Notes: a model not told the origin generated them from the sequence alone. Counted from the first letter of the stretch, positions 17,494 through 26,800 are shown. The stretch is 35,677 nt of DNA from Thermoplasmata archaeon (GCA_022615805.1 JAKEGO010000020.1:1-35677); one strand, 5' to 3'. Translations and numbers: made by a program.

Positions 17494-18377
17494 TCCGCAC
17501 CACCCCCGCCCCACTTCGCGTCATCGTTGGCCATGAGCTTCTTCACCATCCGGTCGTATGCCTCGAAGAAGCCGGGCTTCTCGGCCTTCTGGAAGATACC
17601 GATGAGGAACTTCTCCTTCACCGCCGCCTTCTCCTCCTCGGTCCCGTACCTCATCGTCTTCTCGTAGTCCTCGATGAGGATGGTGTTCTGCTCGTACCAG
17701 GCCCAAAGCTGGTCGATCTCCCCCAGCTTGTTGCGACGCCCGTAGGCGGTCGGGCAGGGGGACATGAGCTCTATGAGCGCGAACCCTGGGGTCTGTATCC
17801 CCTCCTTGATCGACTTGATGGGCTGGTAGGGGTAGAATATCGGCCACCGTGCGACGTATGCGGCGCCCAGGGCCGTCGCGAGCTCGCTGATGTTGAACGG
17901 CTGCTCGATGTTCCCGTAAGGGGCGGTGGTCGCGATGCTCCCCTTCGGCGCCGTCGGCGCGAGCTGCCCGCCCGTCATCCCGTAGATGAAGTTGTTGAGC
18001 AGGATGACGGTCATGTCTATGTTGCGCCGCGCGGCGTGGATGAAGTGGTTGCCGCCGATGCCCGTGCAGTCGCCGTCCCCCGTGAAGACGATCACGTGCA
18101 TGTCGGGGTTCGCGGCCTTGATCCCGGTGGCGAAGGCCAGCGCCCTCCCGTGCGTCGTGTGGAGGCCGTCGGCGTTGATGTAACCCGGGATCCTCGACGA
18201 GCACCCGATGCCGGAGGCGAGCGCCACGTCGTCCATGTTTATCCCGAGCTCCTCTATGGCCCAGAAGGTGTAGTCGATGGCGTTCCCGTGGCCGCAGCCG
18301 TTGCAGAATATCGTCGGGAGCATCCCGTCCCGAAGGTATTTCCTCCGGATCTCGTTGGCGTCGATCATCTCGCTCAT
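17490..18377 (-). CDS. 2-oxoacid:ferredoxin oxidoreductase beta subunit (TPP-binding)
   Basis: It begins MSEMIDANEIRRKYLRDG. It has CNGCGHG and the TPP motif VIVFTGDGDCTGIGGNHFIHAARRNIDMTVILLNNFIYGMTGGQ. An ATGA overlap joins it to the alpha-subunit stop. Confidence 0.9.
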   Translation of the reverse strand: MSEMIDANEIRRKYLRDGMLPTIFCNGCGHGNAIDYTFWAIEELGINMDDVALASGIGCSSRIPGYINADGLHTTHGRALAFATGIKAANPDMHVIVFTGDGDCTGIGGNHFIHAARRNIDMTVILLNNFIYGMTGGQLAPTAPKGSIATTAPYGNIEQPFNISELATALGAAYVARWPIFYPYQPIKSIKEGIQTPGFALIELMSPCPTAYGRRNKLGEIDQLWAWYEQNTILIEDYEKTMRYGTEEEKAAVKEKFLIGIFQKAEKPGFFEAYDRMVKKLMANDDAKWGGGGAE

Positions 18378-19558
18378 GTCCTCACCCCCAGGTACTCCGC
18401 CAGCTCGTGCGGCAGGTGCATCTCGCCCCCGATCTTTGGGGCCATTACGACCTCGCAGGCCTGGTCGGTGTACTCCCGGATCGGATGGTAGATCTGCCCC
18501 AGGTTCATCTCGGGGACGATTATCCGCTCCACCTTCTTGGACACTGCCATTATCTCGTCGCGCGGGAACGGCCACACCGTTTTAAGGCGGAGCATGCCTG
18601 CCTTTATCCCCGCCTTGCGCGCATCCATGACGGCGCTCCTCGCGGGCCTCGCGGACGCGCCGTACGTGACGAAGGCGACCTCGGCGTCGTCCATCATCAC
18701 CTCCTCGATGTTGACGAACCGCTTCCTGTCGTCGGTTATCTTCTCGATTATCCTCATGACGAGCCTCTCGTGGTCAGGCTGCTTGTCGGTCCTCGGGAAG
18801 CCCTTCTCGTTGTGCGTCAGGCCCGTGACGTAGGTGTGATACCCCGTGCCGAAGGCGGCGAAGTCCGGGACCTTGCTGCCGTCGATCTGCGAGGGGGCGA
18901 ACGGGAGGAACTCGCCAGGCGGCAACTTCGGCGTCCGTCGCTCGACGAGCTCGATCTCGTCCTCGTCGGGTATCACCAGCTTCTCGCGGAGGTGGCCGAT
19001 CTCGCCGTCGGTCATCACGCAGACCGGGTGGCGGTACCTCTCCGAGAGGTTGATCGCCTCGATGGTCATGTCGAGGCACTCCTGGACCGTGCTCGGGGCC
19101 AGAGCGATGGCCTCCATGTCGCCATGGGAGCCCCAGCGGACCTGCATCATGTCCCCCTGTGCGCCGAGCGTCGGCTGACCGGTTGACGGGCCCGTCCTCT
19201 GAACGTTGGCGATGACGCACGGCGTCTCCGTCATGATCGCGTATCCGTAGTTCTCCATCATCAGCGAGAACCCGGGCCCCGAGGTGGCGGTCATGGCCTT
19301 GACGCCGCCCCACGCCGCGCCGATCACGGCGGCGATGCTGCCGATCTCGTCCTCCATCTGGATGAATGTGCCGCCGACGCGGGGGAGCAGCCGGGCCATC
19401 CCCTCCGCTACCTCCGACGCTGGCGTTATCGGGTATCCCCCGAAGAAGGAAACGCCGGCCACGAGCCCGCCGTAGGCCACGGCCATGTCGCCCTGGATGA
19501 ACTGCACCTTGTCTCCCAGAACCTTCCTGATGCGCACGGGGTCGCGTTGGTATTTCAT
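18374..19558 (-). CDS. 2-oxoacid:ferredoxin oxidoreductase alpha subunit
   Basis: It begins MKYQRDPVRIRKVLGDKVQFIQGD. It has FFGGYPITPASEV, MTATSGPGFSLMMEN and VQRTGPSTGQPT. An ATGA overlap joins it to the delta-subunit stop. Confidence 0.9.
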   Translation of the reverse strand: MKYQRDPVRIRKVLGDKVQFIQGDMAVAYGGLVAGVSFFGGYPITPASEVAEGMARLLPRVGGTFIQMEDEIGSIAAVIGAAWGGVKAMTATSGPGFSLMMENYGYAIMTETPCVIANVQRTGPSTGQPTLGAQGDMMQVRWGSHGDMEAIALAPSTVQECLDMTIEAINLSERYRHPVCVMTDGEIGHLREKLVIPDEDEIELVERRTPKLPPGEFLPFAPSQIDGSKVPDFAAFGTGYHTYVTGLTHNEKGFPRTDKQPDHERLVMRIIEKITDDRKRFVNIEEVMMDDAEVAFVTYGASARPARSAVMDARKAGIKAGMLRLKTVWPFPRDEIMAVSKKVERIIVPEMNLGQIYHPIREYTDQACEVVMAPKIGGEMHLPHELAEYLGVRT

Positions 19559-19812
19559 CGCGCCACACCTCCTAGGATGAGCTTCTGCTTCTGGACCCGC
19601 TCCTCGCCCGCCTCCTGGGTCACCGTGATGGCGAAGTCGGGACATATCAGCTCGCAGAGGCGGCAGAAGTTGCACTCGTTCTCCTCCTTGAGCCTTGGCG
19701 GGTAGACCCCTTTCTTGTTAAGGTCCTTCGACTTCTCGAGCGAGCTGGTCGGGCAGCGATTGATACAGAGCTCGCAGCCCTTGCACCAGTCCTCGATGAT
19801 CGTTATGGTCAT
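19555..19812 (-). CDS. 2-oxoacid:ferredoxin oxidoreductase delta subunit (2x[4Fe-4S] ferredoxin)
   Basis: 85 aa beginning MTITIIEDWCKGCELCINRCP, with a second motif CNFCRLCELICP. GAGGTG lies upstream. Only the last 85 codons of track ORF 19555..20916 are real. Confidence 0.85.
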   Translation of the reverse strand: MTITIIEDWCKGCELCINRCPTSSLEKSKDLNKKGVYPPRLKEENECNFCRLCELICPDFAITVTQEAGEERVQKQKLILGGVAR

Positions 19813-19823
19813 CCTTCGCCACC

Positions 19824-21470
19824 TCACAGTATGTCCAGGGCCCTCGCGAGGGCTTGATGGCCCCGGTACTCGGGTAGTATCATCGGGGCCGTCCCCTTCG
19901 GGGCGATCCCGGCCTCGTCGAGCATCCTGTTGTACTCGTCTATGTGCTTCAGGCTGAGCCTGCCGACCTTGCGCGTCCTCACGTACTCGGCGGTCCGGAT
20001 GCCCGCCCGTCTGCCGAAGACGTTGAAGTCGAGCAGCGAGTTCCCCATGAGCCTGTTCTTCCCGTGGACCCCGCCCGTCACCTCCCCCGCGCCGAAGAGC
20101 CCGGGTATCCGGGTCTCGGTCCGATCGTTCGTCTCCACGCCGCCGTTCTGGTAGTGGAGGGTTGGGTAGACCAGTATCGGGTGCTTCGTCATGTCGATGC
20201 CGAAGCGCTTGAACTTCCTGACCTCGCCTGCAAGCTTCCTCTCGATCGTCCCCTTTCCGTGTATCACGTCGATCATGGGCGAGTCCAGCCATACGCCGGG
20301 CATGCCCGTCGGGGTGACCAGGCCGCGGTCCTCCTCGCACTCGCGGATGAAGGACGCGGATTCGACGTCCCTTGGCTCGAGCGGGAACACGAAGGGGTCG
20401 CCGAACCTGTTGAGCGGCTTGGCCCCGAGGCCCCTCACCTTCTCGGTCGTGAGGATGCCGACCACGGCCTCCGGGTAGGCGTCCCCGGTCGGGTGGATCT
20501 GGATCGTGTCGAGGTCGAGCAGGTTCGCGCCGACGTGGTACGCCATGACGAGGCCGTCGCCGGTTGCGCCGTAGTGGTTGGTCGTCGGGTAGTTGCTCAG
20601 GTGGAGTCGCCCCGAGCCGCCCGTCGCGAGGATGGTCGCCTTCGCCCTGATGACATGGTGCTCCTTGGTCTCCAGGTTGAACGCGACCCCGCCCGCCACC
20701 GCCCCCTTGTCGTCGAGGAGCAGCTCCACGACCGGGCAGAATTCGAGGACCGGGATCTCCAGGTTGCGCGCGTGGTCCCTTATGTTCCTCATCATCTCCA
20801 TGCCCGTGTAGTCCTTCGCACTGTGCATCCTGTTCCTCGACGTGCCGCCGCCCGAGAGCTCCTGGAACTCGCCGTCGTCCATGCGGTCGTACATGACACC
20901 GAGGTCGAGGTGCCACCTCAGTATCTTCGGGGCGTCCATTGCGAGGGCACGGGCCATCTCCGGCTTGTTGGTGAAGTGGCCGCCGCCGTAGATGTCCAGG
21001 TAGTGGATCAGCGGACTGTCCACGCCCCTGTCGGCGGCCTGGATGCCCCCCTGGGCCATCATCGAGTTGGCGTCGCCGTGGCGGAGCTTCGTCGCGATGA
21101 GTATCCTGTCCACCGGGACGCCCGATTCGTGGGCGAAGATCGCGGCGACCGTCCCGGCGCCGCCGCCGCCGATGATGAGGATGTCGACATCGTGGTCGAT
21201 GTGACCGAGGTCGACGGCCCGAGGGTCGAGGACGGGGCGCGCCTCGAGGAGGTCGACGATGCCATTGTACATGAGAAGGCCCGCATCCGTGCCGACGCGC
21301 ACCTCGCGGCGGGTGCCCTCCATGTAGTCGGGGTGGAACCTCCTCAACATGTCCTCGCGCTGCTCCATGGACATGGGTTCGATGGCCCGCTCGATGTTCT
21401 CGGCCCGCTTCTCCTCCACGAGCCGGATCGAATCCATCATGTATTCAGGGTAACCGCTCTCGAGCTTCAT
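19824..21470 (-). CDS. SdhA/FrdA/NadB-family FAD flavoprotein (fumarate-reductase-like) with a ~110-aa N-terminal extension
   Basis: 548 aa with DILIIGGGGAGTVAA, SMMAQGGIQAA, IQIHPTG, TTEKVRGLGA, TLHYQNGGVETN and GLFGAGEVTGGVHGKNRLMGNSLLDFNVFGRRAG. Confidence 0.85.
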   Translation of the reverse strand: MKLESGYPEYMMDSIRLVEEKRAENIERAIEPMSMEQREDMLRRFHPDYMEGTRREVRVGTDAGLLMYNGIVDLLEARPVLDPRAVDLGHIDHDVDILIIGGGGAGTVAAIFAHESGVPVDRILIATKLRHGDANSMMAQGGIQAADRGVDSPLIHYLDIYGGGHFTNKPEMARALAMDAPKILRWHLDLGVMYDRMDDGEFQELSGGGTSRNRMHSAKDYTGMEMMRNIRDHARNLEIPVLEFCPVVELLLDDKGAVAGGVAFNLETKEHHVIRAKATILATGGSGRLHLSNYPTTNHYGATGDGLVMAYHVGANLLDLDTIQIHPTGDAYPEAVVGILTTEKVRGLGAKPLNRFGDPFVFPLEPRDVESASFIRECEEDRGLVTPTGMPGVWLDSPMIDVIHGKGTIERKLAGEVRKFKRFGIDMTKHPILVYPTLHYQNGGVETNDRTETRIPGLFGAGEVTGGVHGKNRLMGNSLLDFNVFGRRAGIRTAEYVRTRKVGRLSLKHIDEYNRMLDEAGIAPKGTAPMILPEYRGHQALARALDIL

Positions 21471-22229
21471 TCAATGGCCCCCCTTGACATCGTCGCCGCT
21501 GGCCTCGATCTTCAACGCCTTGTAACGCCGCCTCAACTCCGCCTCGTCCATGTTGACGAGCTCGTCCATGTCGGCGTCGTACTTGCCTGACTCGATCTCG
21601 CGGAGGCGCGCCTCCAGGTCCCTGGACGGCGGGTCCAGGTACTTGCCGTTGAGCCTGCGCGCGAGCTGCGCGACGTGGTAGTGCTTGATGTCCGCCGGGC
21701 ACCGCATCGCGCACATGCCGCACTGTATGCAGTCGAAGGACAGCTCGGCGGCGCGCCTGATGTTCCCTCTGAGGGCGTTCTGTATGTACATCATCACCTG
21801 GATGTCCTGGGGGCATGACTTGGTGCACGTGTTGCAGGAGACGCAGCGGGCGATCTCGGGGTATATCGACAGTATCGTCGATTCCTCGGGCCTCACCTCG
21901 TCGATGTCGTACATCGCTTTCGAGGCCGGCACGAACGGTATCTGCACGAGGTACATGCCCTCCTCGACCAGCTGCTGGCATGCGAGGGCGAAGTGCAGCT
22001 TCTGCTCGTCCTCCTTCCTGTAGATCGTCGAGCAGGCGCCGCAGAAGCCGGCCCTGCAGCCGCAGCTCCTGATGAACTGGTACCCGGCGTACTCGATGGC
22101 CTTCATTATCGTGAACCCGACGGGGACGTCGTACTTCTTCCCCATGATGAAGATCTCGTAGGTGGGCGCCCCCTCCGGCGCCTCCGTCCCCTTTCCCGAA
22201 CGCGCTGCCGATGATCCGCTCTCGTACAT
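21471..22229 (-). CDS. SdhB/FrdB-like iron-sulfur subunit ([2Fe-2S] N-domain plus two CxxCxxCxxxCP motifs)
   Basis: 252 aa with RSCGCRAGFCGACS...LAC (SdhB-type Cx4Cx2C...C), CVSCNTCTKSCP and CIQCGMCAMRCP. The stop directly abuts the flavoprotein ATG. Confidence 0.8.
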   Translation of the reverse strand: MYESGSSAARSGKGTEAPEGAPTYEIFIMGKKYDVPVGFTIMKAIEYAGYQFIRSCGCRAGFCGACSTIYRKEDEQKLHFALACQQLVEEGMYLVQIPFVPASKAMYDIDEVRPEESTILSIYPEIARCVSCNTCTKSCPQDIQVMMYIQNALRGNIRRAAELSFDCIQCGMCAMRCPADIKHYHVAQLARRLNGKYLDPPSRDLEARLREIESGKYDADMDELVNMDEAELRRRYKALKIEASGDDVKGGH

Positions 22230-22247
22230 CCTACCACCTCTCGCCGA

Positions 22248-23126
22248 TCACGATATGACCCCCTTCTCCCGCAGGAGGGGGATCGGGTCGACCGCGTGGG
22301 TCTCGAAGCCGCAGCTCCCGGTCCCGAGGCCGAATGCGACGGCCATGAGCTGCGTGTAGTACATGACGGGCACCTGGGAATAACCGTCGATGAGCTCCTC
22401 CGCCTCCTTGCCCCGGACGTCGAGGTTGAACCGGCAGAGAGGGCAGGAGAGCATGATGGCGTCCACTCCGCGCCCGAGGGCGTAGCTGGCGATCTTGCCG
22501 GCGCGCCTGGCGGTGGACTCCCTCTGCTCGATGGTCCGGTACGTGCCGCAGCACTCGACCTTGTACGGGTTGTCGACGACCTCGCCGCCGAGCGCGACGA
22601 TGAGGTCTGCAAGGATGCGCGGCTCCTCGGCATCGTCGATCGCGACCTCCCTGGGCCTCAGGAGCATGCACCCGTAGTAGGGCATGATCCGCATCCCCTT
22701 GAGCGGCCTCTTGACCTTCTTCCTCATGACGTCGAAACCGACCTCGTCCCTCAGGAACTCGAGGAGGTGCTGGACCTTAACCGTTCCTTTGTAATCGTTC
22801 TCACGGTCCATGAAGGCGTTGAGGGTGTCGAGGTCCGCCTTTCGCGCCTTGACCCTCGTGTCGGTCTGTTTCAGGGTGTTGGAGCACATGTCGCAGATGA
22901 CGACGACGCGCTGGTGCCCCTGGTCCTCGACATGGACGAGGTTCCTCAGGGGTGCGACGTGGTGCATGAGATCGTCGGTGGTGAGGGAGGATGCGACGCC
23001 GCAGCAGTTCCACTCGTCCATCTCCCTGAGCTCGTGCCCGAGGGCGCGGAGGACCGCGACCGCGGAGGACTCGAGGTTCTTCGCGGACGTCTTCATCGTG
23101 CAGCCGGGGTAGTACAGCAGTTCCAT
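22248..23126 (-). CDS. hdrB: HdrB-like heterodisulfide reductase catalytic subunit (two CCG domains)
   Basis: 292 aa with YYPGC...WNCCGVAS...ICDMCSNTL and PYYGC...VECCGTYR...LSCPLCRFNL. Confidence 0.9.
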   Translation of the reverse strand: MELLYYPGCTMKTSAKNLESSAVAVLRALGHELREMDEWNCCGVASSLTTDDLMHHVAPLRNLVHVEDQGHQRVVVICDMCSNTLKQTDTRVKARKADLDTLNAFMDRENDYKGTVKVQHLLEFLRDEVGFDVMRKKVKRPLKGMRIMPYYGCMLLRPREVAIDDAEEPRILADLIVALGGEVVDNPYKVECCGTYRTIEQRESTARRAGKIASYALGRGVDAIMLSCPLCRFNLDVRGKEAEELIDGYSQVPVMYYTQLMAVAFGLGTGSCGFETHAVDPIPLLREKGVIS

Positions 23127-23130
23127 GGTA

Positions 23131-23562
23131 TCATCCGACGTTCTTCCTGAAGAGGCAGACGAAAGCCAGCTGCGGTATGCTGCGCTTCTCCTCCTCGGTG
23201 AGCCCGGTCATGTCCGTCTCGTCGATGTTGCTCCGGAGGACGATCTGCCGCAGGGCCTCCATGATCTTCGTGATGTTGAGGTCGCGGGGGCACCTCTCCG
23301 CGCACGTGAAGCAGGATGCGCACAACCATATCGTCTTCGAGCGGAGCACTTCCTTCCGGTCCATGATCACGTGTCGGAGGACCTCGTCGGGGGTCAGGTC
23401 CATCTCGTCGATGAAGGGGCACCCGGCGGCGCACGTGCCGCACTGGTAGCAACCGAACACGTTCTCGTCGCAGAGGTCCTGCAGCTCATCGATGAGAGTG
23501 CCCGATAACCTCGGGACCTTCTCCTGTGCGGCCTCCTCGCTCCTCCTGGATTCGGTCGCCAT
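23131..23562 (-). CDS. hdrC: HdrC-like 2x[4Fe-4S] subunit
   Basis: It starts at the ATG at 23562 (MATESRRSEE...), preceded by GGAGGG. It has CYQCGTCAAGCP and CASCFTCAERCP. Confidence 0.85.
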   Translation of the reverse strand: MATESRRSEEAAQEKVPRLSGTLIDELQDLCDENVFGCYQCGTCAAGCPFIDEMDLTPDEVLRHVIMDRKEVLRSKTIWLCASCFTCAERCPRDLNITKIMEALRQIVLRSNIDETDMTGLTEEEKRSIPQLAFVCLFRKNVG

Positions 23563-23863
23563 GATAGCCCTCCGTAATCGAATGGTGCAACAGCCCCTTC
23601 GCTGCCGTAGCAACCTGGATACCGTTTTTCCGTTATAAGGATTTGACGGTCGCGAACTGGTCCGATTTTGACATTTAATTGATATTTTTCAAAAAAAGGT
23701 ATCACATTGGCCAGTACCTGAGACCCGTTTTACCATTTTGCGAGTTATTACGGGTCGAATTCTCCCTCTCGGACGGAGACCCCCCCGCCAGTCGGCGGCT
23801 GAAGCGCCGCCCGCGGGACACGTAGCGGTGCATTGATGCGCCCGGGTACGGCGTACGCCGCGT
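23563..23863 (-). promoter_or_regulatory. Inter-operon region holding a probable oligo-T terminator for the upstream unit and TATA-like promoter elements for the hdrC-...-flxA unit
   Basis: This is the only gap over 100 nt between 35677 and 10184. The minus strand reads ...ACCTTTTTTTGAAAAATATCAATTAAATGTCAAAATCGG...GTCAAATCCTTATAACGGAAAAACGG... It has a T7 run (plus strand 23691-23697), AT-rich boxes (plus strand ~23672-23690 and 23629-23638) and two TTTGAC copies (plus strand 23642-23647 and 23667-23672). A GGCGGC/GCCGCC hairpin lies at 23794-23811. Confidence 0.4.
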
Positions 23864-26800
23864 TCATAGCACCTCGCATATCGCCCCCTTGATGAGGGAG
23901 AGGATCTGCTGGTCCTTGAAGCCCTTCTGCTGTATGGCCCCGGAGCGGCAGGTGGCGGCGCAGAGGCCGCACCCCTTGCAAAGGGCCTCGGTGACGGCTG
24001 CATGGCCGTCCTTGAGCTCGATGGCGTTGTAGGGGCACGCGGCGACGCACAGACCGCAGCCGACGCACATCGCATCGTCGACCGCCGAGACCGTGGCCTC
24101 GGCCTCGAAGTGGTCCTTCGAGATGATGGTGCAAGCCCTGCTTGCCGCGGCGTAGGCCTGGGCGATGGTCTCGCCTATGAACTTGGGGGAGTGGGCCATG
24201 CCGGCGAGGAAGACCCCCTCCGTGCTGAAGTCCACGGGCCTGAGCTTGACGTGCGCCTCGAGGAAGAACCCGTCCGAGTTGAGCGGGACCTTGAGGAGCT
24301 TGCCCAGTGCCTCGTTTCCGTCGGGGGGTGCGATCGCGGGGGACAATACCACCCTGTCCGCCGATATGTCGATGTCCTCGCCGAGTATCGGGTCCCGGAC
24401 TCGCACCTCGAGGCCGCCGCCGGTCCGGGCGACGACGGGCTTGCGGTCAAGGTCGTACCGGACGAAGATGACGCCCTTCTCCCGGGCCCGTTCGTACAGG
24501 GTCTCGTTGAAGCCGTACGTGCGCATGTCGCGGTAGAGGACGAACACGCGGGCGTCGGGGTAGCGTTCCACCACCCGCAGCGCGTTCTTCACCGCGTTCG
24601 TGCAGCATATCCTGCTGCAATATGGCCGGTGGTCCTCCCTCGAACCCACGCACTGTATCAGCGCCAGCGTCGAACCGGAGAGGTCGGCCCCCTCCGCCAG
24701 CATCCGCTCCAGGTCCGTCTGAGTGACGACGTCGGGGTCCTGGCCGCACAAGTACTCCGTCGGGACGGACTCGACCGCTCCTGTCGCGACCACGACGACG
24801 CCGTGCTCGATGACCGTCCCGGAACCGCCATGGTCGAGGGTGGTACGGTAGTTGCCGACGTACCCCTCGATGGTCGAGATGGCCGCGCCCGTATGGACCC
24901 GGACCCGCCCGTCCGCCTCGACCCGCGCCGTCAGCCCCCGGAGGAAGGCCTGGACGTCTGCCCCGTCCGCCGTCGTGTGGATGTGGTTCAGGTTGCCGCC
25001 GAGCCGGGAGTCGCGCTCGACGATGTCCACGTCGTAGCCCTGCTCCGCGATGGCGAGGGCCGCCGTCATCCCTGCGAGGCCTCCGCCGACGACCAGCGCT
25101 GACTGCGTCACGCCGAGCCTCACCTTGGACAACGGCTCGATGATCTGCGCCTTCGAGACCGCCATGCGGACGAGGTCGCGGGCCTTGGCTGTGGCGCTCG
25201 CCCTCTCGCCCATGTGGACCCACGAGCACTGGTCGCGGATGTTGGCCATCTCGAACAGGTGGGCGTTGAGCCCCGCCTCCCGCAGGGTCGACTGGAACAG
25301 CGGCTCGTGCGTGCGGGGCGTGCACGACGCCACGATCACGCGGTTGAGGTGGTGCTCCTGGATCGTCTCCACGAACCGCTTCTGCGTGTCCTGCGAGCAC
25401 GTGTAGAGGTTGTCCTCCGCGTGGACGACGTTCGGCAGGCCGCGGGCGTAGGCGACGAGCCCGGGCACGTCGATGTAACCGCCGATGTTGATCCCGCAGT
25501 GGCAGATGAAGACGCCGATCCGCGGAGCATCCCCCCGGACGTCCGCCTCGGCGGGGAGGGCCTTGCCGCCCACGAGGGTGTCCCTCGCGCTCGCTATCAG
25601 CCCGCTGGCCCTCGCGGCCGCCCCCGATGCCTCCATGACCGTCTCCGGGATGTCCTTCGGCCCCGCGAAAGAGCCGCAGACGAAGACCCCCTCGCGGGAC
25701 GTGCTGACGGGGTCGAGGCCGTCGACGGCGCAGAACCCCCTCTCCGTGAGTTCGACGCCGACGCGTTCGGCGAGCCGGCGGGCGCCCTCGCTCGCCGTGA
25801 AGCCCACAGAGAGCACGACGAGGTCGAACCTCTCCTCTTCGATGTGGCCATCCTCGGTCTCGTACCTTATCAGGAGGTCGTTGGTTTCCGGGTCCTCTTC
25901 GACCCTGGAGACGCGGCACCGCAGGAACCTGACCCCGTACTCGTCCCGCGCCCTGTCGTAATAGGCCTCGAAGCCCTTCCCGAAGGTGCGCATGTCCATG
26001 AAGAATATCGTCGGCTCGATGGTAGGGACGTGCTCCTTTGCGATCACCGCCTCCTTGATCGCATACGTGCAGCAGACGGACGAGCAGTAGTCCCTCCCGC
26101 AGCCGAGGTCCCTCGAGCCCACGCACTGCAACCACGCTATGCGCCGGGGCTGGACGCCGTCCGACGGCCTCAGGACGTGGCTCCTGAAGGGGCCGCTGGC
26201 GGAGAGGATGCGCTCGAACTCGATGCTCGATACGACGTTCGGGAAGCGCCCGTGGCCGTACTCGGGCTTGAGCGCCGGGTCGAACTCCTCGAAGCCCGGG
26301 CAGAGGATCACGCTGCCGACCCGCAGCTCCACAATCTCGTCCTTGTCGTCGTACCGGATCGCATTCGCGAGGCACAGGTTCTCGCACAGGCCGCAGCCGA
26401 TGCACCTCTCCCGGTCGATGGCGAAGGCGAGCGGGACCGCTTGCGGGTAGAGGAGGTAGATCGCACGCCTCTCGTTCATCCCCTCGTTGAAGGAGTTGAT
26501 GGCGTCGATGGGGCACTCCCTCGCGCAGACGCCGCAGCCGGTGCAGGCCTCGGGGTCCACGTAGCGGGCCTTTCGCCTGATCCTCACGCGGAAGTCGCCC
26601 GGCGTGCCCTCGAACCCCTCCACCTCGGAGTAGGTGACGAGCTCGATGTTCGGGTGGCGGCCGACATCGACGAGCTTCGGTGCCATTATGCACATGGAGC
26701 AGTCGTTGGTCGGGAAGGTCTTGTCCAGCTGGGCCATCGTGCCGCCGATGCCGGGCGCCGTGTCGACGAGGTAGACCTTGAACCCGGAGTTCGCTAGGTC

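Noticed and set aside
19555-20916. Upstream extensions of track ORFs 19555..20916, 18374..19675, 17490..18575, 16954..17514, 30824..32116, 31711..33225, 26866..27843, 23131..23613 and 6612..7151
   Set aside because: Only the 3' parts match known families. The family N-termini coincide with ATG codons that overlap or abut the upstream gene's stop and are preceded by GGAGG-like sites. The 5' extensions run through the upstream gene in another frame.
23794-23811. GGCGGC-tgaagc-GCCGCC hairpin as an intrinsic terminator or ncRNA
   Set aside because: It is only a 6-bp stem and is not followed by a T-run on the transcribed (minus) strand. The T7 run ~100 nt further downstream is the more plausible terminator. 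I saw no further covariation-like structure.
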